The translations under genes and the position numbers were made by a program. Shown here piece by piece: positions 39,178 to 54,500 of a stretch of DNA of 64,000 bases; positions within the stretch are counted from its first letter, which is position 1; every line of letters starts with the position of its first letter. Under the pieces are notes generated by a model. The model did not search any database. It was not told where the DNA came from and saw only the letters and a list, made by a program, of their open reading frames with translations. The stretch is from Podarcis muralis (taxonomy: Eukaryota), in NCBI RefSeq assembly GCF_964188315.1, contig NC_135655.1, positions 44,826,001-44,890,000 of the forward strand, in the 5' to 3' direction.

Positions 39178-40439
39178 ACGGTGAATGTTCAAGTGCTATA
39201 ATAACTGTTACTGTTAATTTCAGATTTACCAGGCTACCATCACAGATGAAGTAAAAATGTGGCTGTCTAATGCACATGTGTTCACTAACCTCTGTGGAAA
39301 CTACAGCAGCGTGAAAAAGTACTTGGATGTGGATAGCATAATTTCTTGTGTTATAATTCTTAAATAGCTTTTAACTGCATAGTGCTCTACATCAAACTAT
39401 ACCTTATTTTCTGCTTTCTAGATTGCCCATTTTAAGCTGTAATTAAGCGAATGCCTCAGGTTTCTACTTGCTGGACTGAATAAATTAACTTATGGTTGCC
39501 TGCATTCCCTGTCTCCTTCAAAAACACATGTAATGCTAACTAGCATTGAAAATCGAACTTGGTACTACCTTGTTGCCTACTTTAGAGAGAATAAGCTACA
39601 TGTGATTTTCTCATCTGAGAACTCATCAAAACTGACTTCCACTGAATGTTTTTTTGCTGCTGCTGTGGCAACCGTTTCTAAAAACAACCTATATTTTATG
39701 TGGCAGAAGAGGAAGTATAGATGCCTTCAAGTATTGGGAGAAACTCCAGCCTCAGATATTCTCCTTTCCATATATTTGTGTCGTAGCATAACCCCTGAAG
39801 TTTGTCAAGTTTCTGAGGAATTTCTAAGAATTTAGTGTCACACTGGCTGTATACATCTTGCCAGAACTCTCCCAAGTAGCTGTTCTTCCCAAAATGGAAC
39901 AGTTGATCCATATAGTCTTGTTTAGTAAAATCTTTTCTCCTGCATACTTGTTTGATCCCTACTCCTCACTGGCTGGTAGAAGATAAACATGGTGGGGGAA
40001 GGGGGAGAATATACGCTTAATGTGCATAAAGGTTCTCAAATCAGGTTTTCTTAGCATTGCATAATAAGGGTGAGTGGTAAGGTACCTGATAAGGTTAGCC
40101 TTAACAAATACATCTGCCCAACTTTGCACTCAAATTTTGGTACATATGATATGAGCACTCATCGTCTGATTTTGCAGTCATTTTATATCACTTTCTAGAT
40201 CTTTACAACAACTATGTGAAGTAGGTTAGCTGAGAGTTAGTGACTGACCCAAGGTAGGAAACAAAAACAATCAGTGAAGTGAAACAGCACATTCTCAGAG
40301 TACTTTTGCAACACCACTTGGGTTTTCAAATGGCAACTTCCAAGTCACACGCATCTCCCTGAAATTTAGACTCAACAGATGTGTTTTTTGTACTACATGG
40401 AACTGTATATGCAAGAACTGGGGGTGGGAGGCAAGAGGA

Positions 40440-40637
40440 CAGTCATACCTTGGGTTGCAAACATGATCTGTGCGGGAGGCACATTCGCAACCCGCAGCGC
40501 TGCGTCTGCGCACATGCATGTTGTCATTTTGCGCTTCTGCGCATGTGTGAGCAACGAAACCTGGAAGTAACCCATTCCAGTACTTCCGGGTTCGGTGCGG
40601 TCCACAACCCAAAAACGCATAACCCAAGGTATGACTG
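40440..40637. mobile_element. Tc1/mariner-type MITE, family D
   Basis: TIR CAGTCATACCTTGGGTT...AACCCAAGGTATGACTG; TA on the right flank (left flank GA). Confidence 0.85.
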
Positions 40638-41878
40638 TATATGGGTATAGGTTTGACTTAAAGGCTGTATTCTTTACACAGCCTTTAAACTCAAACTATG
40701 AACTCCTTCCCCAGCAATTAAATCCAAGTTACAAAAAAAAAATAAAAATATATGTTGTTCCTTCAATCACACCCACAGCAGCCACCAGTAGCGACAGGCA
40801 TGCATATTGATCTTGACAGCCACACACTATATAGAAAGATAAATTATACTGTACTGCTTTTTTTCCTAGGTATTTTATTTTAAATAGTTTATAAGGAGCA
40901 ATGTATTTTACAGGAACAATTTTAGCTGTGCATATTTATTCTTTACTATTCAGATTACATGATGTGAATTTATATATTAACTGAAGTTTGTCAAAAGGTG
41001 CCAAAAAGCTTAAGACAGTTGTGGATGCAATATCTTTTTAATAAAAATATACAAGTTATTCAAGAAAGTTGCATATCTTAGGTCCTCCTGGGTGCTTTGT
41101 ATAAGGCAGTAATAAGGTGATCATCCCCTTTAAGCAGTTGAGTTTGCTCCTGCCATGAACACAGAGTGCAAAGATGTCAGCTCCCTCCCCCCTCAAATAC
41201 AGTGTAGACATTATGAGCCTGTATTTCATTCGTTTAGCATGCTCAGGTGAACTAGAGGGCATTACACCATCAAATGGAAGACAAGCCATTCAAGGGGAGG
41301 TGAGCATGAGATGAAGCTAGGGCAACTATTTTTGATTAGACATATTGAGCTACTATCAGCCCAGTTACTTGTGCTTTCAAATGTACATGATTTTTATTTT
41401 TAAAAAATATCAGTCTCCTCTACACTATAAAACATTTAATGCAAAGAGATGACTTTGCATTCTAGAGTTAATCCTGTTACAGAACCTCAGTGTACTCCTT
41501 GGCAAATGTTCCCCTTAGTGTTATCTCCATGTACTCCGTACTTTATATAAGGCTGCCAACATCTGTAATAAAACCTCTGCAGCCCAAGTGAGTTCTACAA
41601 CATTTTTCTTCTTACAACATAATGATCCCTGAAGATGGAGAATCACATAAGCAGAAGTGCCTTGTTAGCTGCAAAAGGTGGAAAGCGTAACGTACAAGAT
41701 AATTTCACCAATTCCTGGTTTCACTTTGTGGCCTTAAAAACAACATATTCAACCAGTTCAAAGTTCTCTTGCAGTTAAAGCCTTGGATTTCCTTCTCCTG
41801 AAAAGACTTAGCAGCATATAAGCTATGTGCATCACACCTCTTGTCTCTCCTTCATGAAATAAGACCGGTAGCAATCCA

Positions 41879-45607
<3,729 letters not shown>

Positions 45608-47859
45608 TCAGATGCTAACAAATGTGTGCAGCACAAGTCCAGCTGAGTCACTTTCATTCATGCCACATTAGGCAACATAAGTTTATGTTCTATTAAAAGG
45701 TAAATTTATAACACTTATGATACAGGATTATCAGTCACTTTTTCCCAGCAGCGCAATCATCTTTACAAGAAAAGAAAAGCACTCGGGCCTATTTCTCAGG
45801 GGATATAAAATAAGCGTAAGTTGATGTGACCATCATGACATAGAGGTTGAGTTGGACAGTTAATGAAAAAGAACTATATGGAAATATGGGCGTATGCAGT
45901 ACGTAGGACTGCAATACTGAATGTGTTTTAAGCTGTACTGAAAACAATTTGTTTCCAGGTCAGCATGCTGATGCTCGTAGTCCAAGAAGATTAAGGCTGC
46001 AATCCTACATGCACCTGTCTGGGAGTAAATCCCACTGAACTCAATGGGATGTATTTCTGAGTAGACATGCCCAGGTTTTTACTGTAATTTATTCAGCCTT
46101 GTAGAAAAAGCTCTACTAAGTACGTTATGTAATCAGGCAGGCAGGCCCATCCAGTAACAAGCTTTATAATGTTAGAAGCCATGAGAACTTATTTATAGTC
46201 TACCCTAGGCTCAGCATATGCAAACTAGGGAATAAGTCACATTCACAGGGGCTTACTTCTTGAGTATTAGATTTATTCATTGTTATTCACAAGAAAACGT
46301 CTCAAAGCAACTTACAAATCCATTAAGAACAAGACAGAATTGACAATTGTTAAAAAAAATAAGTACACAGTAAAAAAAAACAGCTTGGCTATAGCTAAGG
46401 TTATTGAGGAGAAATCTTAACCACAAGTTTGGTTTTGGACAACATGTTAAGTCAAACTTTGGTTTAGCTAAGCAAAAAACGACTGGAGTAAAGTAGCTAT
46501 AAGCCCGTCTCCCAGAGCCTGTGCGCTTGCACAGTCCAGGTAAGTCACAGTTAGCTTACCCTGTCATGTAAATGGGGCCACAAAGAAATACCAGCAGTCA
46601 CATAGAATGGTGGAAAGGTACTTGCACAACAGGTTCTAGCACATATCCCTCAACCAAGCTCACAAACTATTAAACTAATGAGCCAGCATAGAAAAAGATT
46701 TCTTTGTAAACATAGTTTTGATATTTATTCCTGGAAATTACAGACTATCAAGTGATGAGTAACAGAGATTAATACATTCACATTCTTAAAGGATCAAAAG
46801 CATAGATGTTAGCGGAAGATACCATAAAATATTTAACCCCTCAATGGTTCCATTTTTTGCTTTCCTCAGTCCCAACTAATCTACAAACAAAGGCTGCAGA
46901 TTTGAGCACACATAATTGATTCAAGTTTAGGTTCCACGGCTATAGGAATCACAAAGACCTATGGATTTTTAACTTCCCAGTGTCAACACTGTTTCTTTTC
47001 TGCGCCACCCAAGTACCGGTATATGCATGTAACAAAATCCTTATTCACTCAATAACAGTATTTAAACAATTGTGTCTGTTCCCCAGAACCAGCTTTTGCC
47101 TGCTCTCCAAGACGCCTCCTCACTCCTCTCAGCTGAAGCTGGGAAGAGAGGCTGTGGGTAGGTGAAGACAGTTCTGATCTAAATAAAGAGGACAAGATGA
47201 AACCCAGCTGCCCCATCTTCCTCCATCTCAGCTGGTGGAATTGAAAACAACAACACTCTGCCTAACTTTTCACTTCCACATATGGCTATCAAACAATATG
47301 CCATCTCTATCCAGCGAAGAGGCTGTATCCATCGCAGGCGATGCTTAGAGTGAGCCCACTGAAATTAATAGACATGACTAACACTAATTTCAATGGGTCT
47401 ACTCCGAGTACTTGGATACAACCCAGGCGGACTATGGGTGGAGAGGGGAAAACAAAGCAGCATATTTATCTAAGATGGGCGTTGTCCAAGTTGTCCTACG
47501 TTAGAGGGAAAGAGCCCAAGTTTATCTTTGCTCGGAGAAGTCAGCCACACTGAACTCAATGCGACTAGGCTGCAAGCTTCAGCATACTGGCTTGGGACAG
47601 GAACCATCTCATTCAAACAGGACTTACTTCCGAGTAGAAACGCATTGAAGTGGGCTACCCAGATGCGCTGCCACACAGTTTAGCGGAGTTTTTACTTCCC
47701 AGGTGCAGCTACTTTTAGGTAAAGATGCACAGGCTATAAACGGAGGGGTCTCATCCCTGCTGCCCTAGTCCGATTTCCCTCCGAGGAAGGAGGACGGGAA
47801 CCAGGGGCTTTTTCGGGAGAATGACCTAAAGAGGTGGACAAGCACCTGAGCTTGTCTTA

Positions 47860-48540
47860 CCTGTAACTACGGTCGCCGCCGCTTCGCATCCTAGCAACAA
47901 GCACACGCAGTACCAGAAACGCCAGCCGCACTGTTTTTAATCCCCCACGGCGAATCGCAAGCCCCGGATGACAGCCCAACCCCGTCGCCTAACGTGAATA
48001 ATGGCGAAGCCTCTGCCCGGAATAAGCTTGAGGTGGAGGTTCTCCGGGGGTGGACATTACCCACACGGCCGGGTTCACTTCCGCCAACAATCAACATGGC
48101 GGGAAGGGCCACGACGCCCGGGTGCCGTTGGGCTGCACAGGGTATCTGGTCTCGCCGCAGCCCGGTACCGCTATAAGTAGGCGCCAGGGAGGGCTGCGCC
48201 TCCTATGTTGGGGGTCCCCTCATTCCCTGCCACAAATATATATATAAGTAACCCCTCGTCTAATGTGCCGGTGAGCCGCTTGCCCGCACTCGAGATGGCG
48301 GCGCGAGTTTGAAAGGAAGCGCGAGGAGGCGCTTCGCATTCGAAGGCGAGGCGCGCGAGAGAGTTTCCGCGCGGCGGCGGATGCTCGCCTCGCCATGGCT
48401 TCTTCGAATCCGTGGGCTCCTGTGCAGCCGTCGGCGGCTGGGATGCTGCTGGCTGGCTGCCTGTCCGCGGGGGTGGTGTCCCAGGTGAGACGGGCCGCGC
48501 CTTTTCTCCCTCCCCACGTTGTATAAATACACGCAACGCA
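47860..48540. promoter_or_regulatory. CpG island, bidirectional LRRC57/HAUS2 promoter
   Basis: Head-to-head genes; ETS CACTTCCGC at 48076-48084; YY1-like AACATGGCG at 48093-48101 and GAGATGGCGG at 48292-48301; (TA)n TATA-like element at 48236-48246. Confidence 0.8.
47861..48080 (-). other. LRRC57: Putative non-coding first exon of LRRC57
   Basis: Strong donor CAG|GTAAGA at 47861/47860 on minus, inside the CpG island. The ATG exon acceptor is at 45615. The TSS is approximate. Confidence 0.65.
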
Positions 48541-51500
48541 AAACCATCATCTAAATGCGCGTTATGCAAAACCATAGTTTGCAATGTGTTCGTTTCTGCC
48601 CAAACTTTGGGAACTTGCTGCTTGCTGCTCAGGTTATTAGATTCGACTGCACTGGTTTGGAAAAGGCATATTTGAAGCTGCCTGCTGCTTTTAAAAGATG
48701 CTGATAATATCGATATATTCATAGGCCGCCCAGTATGTTCTGTCCTGGCTGGCAGCATTAATCCAAGAAGTCAAGGGAGGCTCTTTTTGTAGCTTGCTAC
48801 CTGACACCTTTTGGAAAGGTAGCTTTTTGTCCTTGTTCCTTTAGTTCGGCTGCAACAGTGCTGGTGTGCTTGTGGTGTGTTTACCTTTGCTTAAAAGTAC
48901 ATCTAGGTGATGGGCTTACTGTGAAAGAAACAGGCTCATGATGGCAAAAAATACTAACTTCCACCCTAGTTGTAGCTTTATAGTTGTCAGCTCTTGTAGC
49001 TCTCTGGACCACCTGGATTGGATTCTGTTCCTAAATGGAAACGAAGTATCTTTTTTTCCTTTCTTTATATCTTGCATCCTCAGGAAAACTGCATGGTTAT
49101 TTAAATACTAAAAGGCTGGTCCACTCCACTCTGCATAACTGTGGATGGAGAATTCCCATAAGTTCAGTAGGGGGAAATGGGGGTCTGTGCATCTGTAAGC
49201 CTCGTTTTTAATTCCATAGAAGTGACTTTTGTTCCAGAGCACAAGTAACTTACACAGAGTGAAACATAGAAAGCTGCATTATACTGAGTCAAATCATTTA
49301 TGCATCTAGCTCAATACTGTCAGTGCGTCTCCATAGTTTCAGTCTGGGCTCCCTCCCAGCACTGTCTGGAGATGACAGGGATTGAACATGGCATCTTCTG
49401 TGTCCACTTGCGAAAGAGATGCTCCGCCACTGAGCCACAGCCCTTCCCCAAAGTGGAGGGAAAAGGCTTGACTGGAGGTATGAGCAGATACAGGCAACGG
49501 CCGATTTACATGCGTCTGATGGAGGTGCAATTGCACATGTGTGTGTTGTGCTGAACCCATAAATGACCTGAAAACGTCATTAAAACAGCAGAATGGAACA
49601 CTTTACACAGGCCTTGATGATGCGTGTTAGGGTCTGGAAGTAGGATGGGTGTAATATGCTCAAACTGCCATGCCCCAGTGAGCAAGCTGGCTGCTGAATT
49701 CTGTATCAGTTGCACCATCTTTAGAGGCAGCCATATAAAACATTGCAGTAATCTAACCTAGAGGTTACCAGAGCATAGACAACAGTAGTTAGGTTATCCC
49801 TGTCCAGTTAGGGGTGCAGTTGAGCTACCAGCTGGAGCTTATGGAAGGCACTCTGCGCCACTGAGGCCACCTTGAGCCTCAAGCAACACCAATGGATTCA
49901 GAAGTATCTCCAAGCTACATACCTGCTCCTTCAGAGGAAGTGTAACCCCCATCGAGATCAGGCAACCTTCTACCAATCTGGTCTGGGAAACCAGCCACAA
50001 ACAGTGCCTCAGTAGTATCTGGATTGTTTGTTCAGTTTGTTGGCTCTCATCCAGTCCATTACTGAGGTAATGCAACCTAATAAATACCCCTCATAAATGT
50101 AAGGGTGACAATTTGCGAAATGTGAACTGCTCCTCCACACCACCCATCATTCATTTTCACTGGCTTGTCCTTCATTTCTCCAGGCAAAGACATTAGGATT
50201 GCAACCTAAATGTATTTAAGACTGGAACCCTAATTTCAAGGAAGCTTGAATTGCTTATGTTTATTGAGAATTTTCATGTTTCTGTTTCAGGAAACTCTGG
50301 ATAGATGTGGAAAACCAGCTCCTTCCTTTGTTCGCCTCTCGGAGGCAGAACAAATTGCTGATCTCCAAGCTGAAATCAGTGAGGTAAAATAATCTTTGAG
50401 CATCAGAATAGGAGCTCTACTGAATAGGCCATACATACAATTTCTTCTGAATTGTAATAAATGATTTCATAGTGGTGAAACAGTACTATAGGACTATAGA
50501 GTTGGAGGAACTTTGCAGGCTATCTAGGCCAATGCATGAAATCCAGAGCTACGGTATCTCCACCAGATGACTGTCCAGCCTCTGCTTGAAGACCTCCACT
50601 GAGGGAGAGGCCACTGCCTCCTTATGTAATTTTCCTATTGTTGAACTGTTCTTACATTTAAGAGATTTCACCTAATATTCAGCTGAAACCAACCCTTCTG
50701 TAACTTAGTTCTGCCCTTTGGAGCAGGAGAGAACAACTATTTGCCCTCCTCACCCTTAATCATCTTCATTTTCCTCCTCTTCACCTCTTTTAATTTGTCT
50801 ATATATCCTTCTTAAAGTGTGGTGCCCAGAACTGGACAGTTTTTCAGATGGACAAGATAAAGTGGAACTTAGAAACTGTGGTTTGATTAATGCATCTTAA
50901 AGTTGCATTTACGTCCTCCCTCCCTTTTTCTTTGGCCACTGCACCACTAATTCATTTTAGCTCCTGATCGTATCTACTACTGCCAAACCAGGTATCCCCT
51001 TACTATAACTCGGCATTTCTTTCTTTTTCTGTTTTGCCTGGTTTCAAAAGATAATGTTTTCTAAAATATATTTTTCACTTGGTAAGAAGCACTTCTTATC
51101 ATGTGAACAATATATTTTGAAATCAATCCTATATATTTTTTTAGCCAGGACTCCCTCTCCCTCTTTGTTCTTTGGTGTCTCAACTGAGGTTGAGAAGCTT
51201 GTCAAATTATCACACCTAATCCTCTTCTACAGAGATGTGATTTAGTGACATAGCCATGAAAATTGCATTAAGTAGGAGTTTAGCCTGTAATAGTTCCACC
51301 TAGAACAGATTCTGTGTTCTATGCAACTACAGAGTTTGGATGCTGAAAAACAGAAGTCAACTAAGAGACTGGAAGTCTTACTAAAGCTGGAATTAAGGGA
51401 TGATAAATTGAACTATTTTTTTAAAAAGAAATTATGAGATTTCAGTTAGATACATTAAAAAATAAACTTCCCACAAATCTTATCAGAAATAAAATTATGT

Positions 51501-54500
51501 TGTGGTTCCTGCAAGCATAGAAGAATTACTTTTATAAAAATACTTGAAAATGGTCAGGGTTGTTGGGGGTTTTAAAGCAGTTATGAATGCAACTGTATAT
51601 ACATTAAACATACTGCATGGATATAAGTGTAACTATTTTAATGTGTATAGATGAAGCTAGATGCTGAAATCCTGCAGATGGAAAAAGATACAGCAGACAT
51701 TACTCATCCATTCTACCTAAGTAAGTATTTTGTTTCATGCTATTGTTTAATCCCCAAACAGCACTCCTAGAAGATCAATCTTAAGAGTTATTTAGACAAA
51801 GCCTCACATCTTCATACTGCTGTAAGAGAGATTGGTTGAGTCACAAAGCTGCCATCTATGAACAAGATTCAGCATTGTGCCAATGGACACAATGGGACCT
51901 ACCTTTCTCTCCTCCCCTTTGCAGCCTGCTGCCGCCCCACATCTGGCCCACCAACCTTCCAGAACAGATTTTTGGGTGCCTGGGAGGCTGCAACAGGAGA
52001 GTAGAAGAAGTCTGTTGAGGAAGTAGCATGCTTAACACACTTAACAAGTGACAAAGCATCTAGCAGCCAAAGTGAAAAAGTTTGAACAGGAATGATCCCT
52101 GAGAAAGGAAGCAAGTAATTAGAGGTGTTTGTATTCATCAACTTCATAGATGCATTGCGTGCATGCTGAACTGGGCATTTCATTCAGAATCCTGAGTGTC
52201 TCATTTAAGACAACTGTGAGCAACTTAAGCCAACCACCCAAGCCATAGACTATGAGAAAAGACAAAAACATATCCCTAGGTTGGGAAGCAATTTGGCTTG
52301 GCAGCAGGTGGCACGCCATCCTGATACCACTTCAGTGATGAGTAGTTAGGCATGTTGCATGAGGAAAATCCATACACCAGGGGGTAGGGAATCGGATCTG
52401 GCCAGTGGGGTGGCAGGCAGTGTAGCATTTTGACAGGTTATTGGTTCAAACCACTCTAGAAAGGAAAATCCAAGAGAGGTTAAAGTTACTGCCAGTCAGC
52501 TGATTGGTGCTGACTGACTCCAAGCTCTGCTTTCTGTGGTGGTCATCTGTGCTACGGAGTTCCCTGTGGGGAGCTCTGTAGCACAGCTGATTCCAGCTTG
52601 TTTGTGTGAATCAAGCTACCTTGCCAATACACAACCAGGAGCGCATTTTAGGGTTCCCAATTGTGCATGGACAGCTGTGTGTCCCTCACCCAATGTCACA
52701 TATGATGTTGGGCAGGCTTCCTCAACCTCAGCCCTCCAGATGTTTTTGGCCTACAACTCCCATGATCCCTAGCTAGCAGGACCAGTGGTCAGGGATGATG
52801 GGAATTGTAGTCTCAAAACGTCTGGAGGGCCGAGGTTGGGTATGAAGCAGGTTGGTATGGTTTCAGGGAAACAGACTTAATGGGCCAGACTGAGACCTGA
52901 GGTGGGCCTAATTAGACCTGCAAGCTGTAGGTTTGCCATACCTGCCCTACATGGACGCCATTCCCCCAAAACCCAAAACTCTTTATTCCATGCAAGCTAC
53001 TAAACATTGCATCCATAACTATGACAATCCTACATGTATTGGGTGAAGGCGGAAAGTCCCAAGATCATGGGAAAAGGCTCACAAAGGCTACCATTGTTGA
53101 CTGAAATGAGCAGAACCAAGAATAAAAAAAATTAAATGGAAGATGTTCTTCACAGGTATACGTTTGAAACATTAAGGCTGTAATCCTGTACATATTTACA
53201 TGGGGACAGGTCCCATTGATCACAGTGGGCATAATCGCCCTGCATTAATAGAGAGTACAGTACACATATATTTGCACTGGAGGGAAAGATTGAGAATGGT
53301 GGACAAATGACCCTTTTCACCAGTTTGTCTGCTGTTACTTGTCCTGTTATCAAGGGTACACAGCATTCCCTAGGATATACTTAGAAACCTGTGGTTTTTA
53401 TTTCTCAGCAGCTGCTGCTTGCTTCCATGGGGGTCTCTTGATGTGATTCACCTTGCAGGTGCTCTATAAGGCCACACAATTTTGTTAGACAATCACAGAT
53501 TCACACAGCATGCTACCAGTGTTTTGGAAGCCTGTGTTTCAAAGCATAAAATTATGTTTTACAAAGAACCTGCTCTCACTTCAATTCATGTTTAAATCTG
53601 AAAGTTTTCCATTTTTTTTTTTAAAAAAACCAAATCTGTAGCTCAGAAATGCCAGGCTCTGCAAGCGATGAACAAACACCTAGAAGCAGTGCTGAAAGAG
53701 AAATGGGTTCTTAGGCAGAGGCTAATGAAACCAGTGCGTCAAGAAAGTCTGCCTATTGAAGCTATGTACCACAGGTAACAAACTGCTTTGTTATTTTACT
53801 TACATGTTGGGTACTCCTCGTTTCTTTTCCAGATCAATAAAATACATTGGGAACAAAATCCAATTACAGTTAAAACTGCAAATGATGATGCTAAGACTTT
53901 TTTTAAAAAAAAACCAAGTTACTGCAGAACTCTAAACAGCCACAATCAGTTCACTTCTGCGACCAAATAACATCCTTTATTTCAATTTTCATCAAAGGTA
54001 CACTTCAAACATATATTCGGTGTATCACAAATGCATTTTATTTTAACCGTAGTCACTAACATTCTTACAAGATACACAATCCTTACTTTATTCATTACAT
54101 TTTTCTTTTTCCTCTGTTTCCTGATAAGTTCCTATTTTATATCACCCTGTGGTATACACAGCCTGTTTTCTAAATCTACATTAGTCTGACAGCTAAGTTA
54201 TTCTAAATCATTTATCAGCTCAGTCCAATTCATATTAAGGCATTGTTTCTGCTATAACATTAAAATAATTTTTCTAAATAGCTTTGGTGTTCTGTTTTCC
54301 CTTCTTAATTCTCATCCATGTTCATTTAATGCATTTCATTAGGGACCAATAAAGATCAACCACTCAGCGATAGTAGGTGGCTGCTTTTCCCCACTATTGG
54401 GCTGTTCAAACATTTGCTGCCATTACTAAGTACGGTAATATGTTGGTTCAGTGTCATTTATCTGTATCTGTTTCCAGCACCATCAGTATAGAGTCAATTG

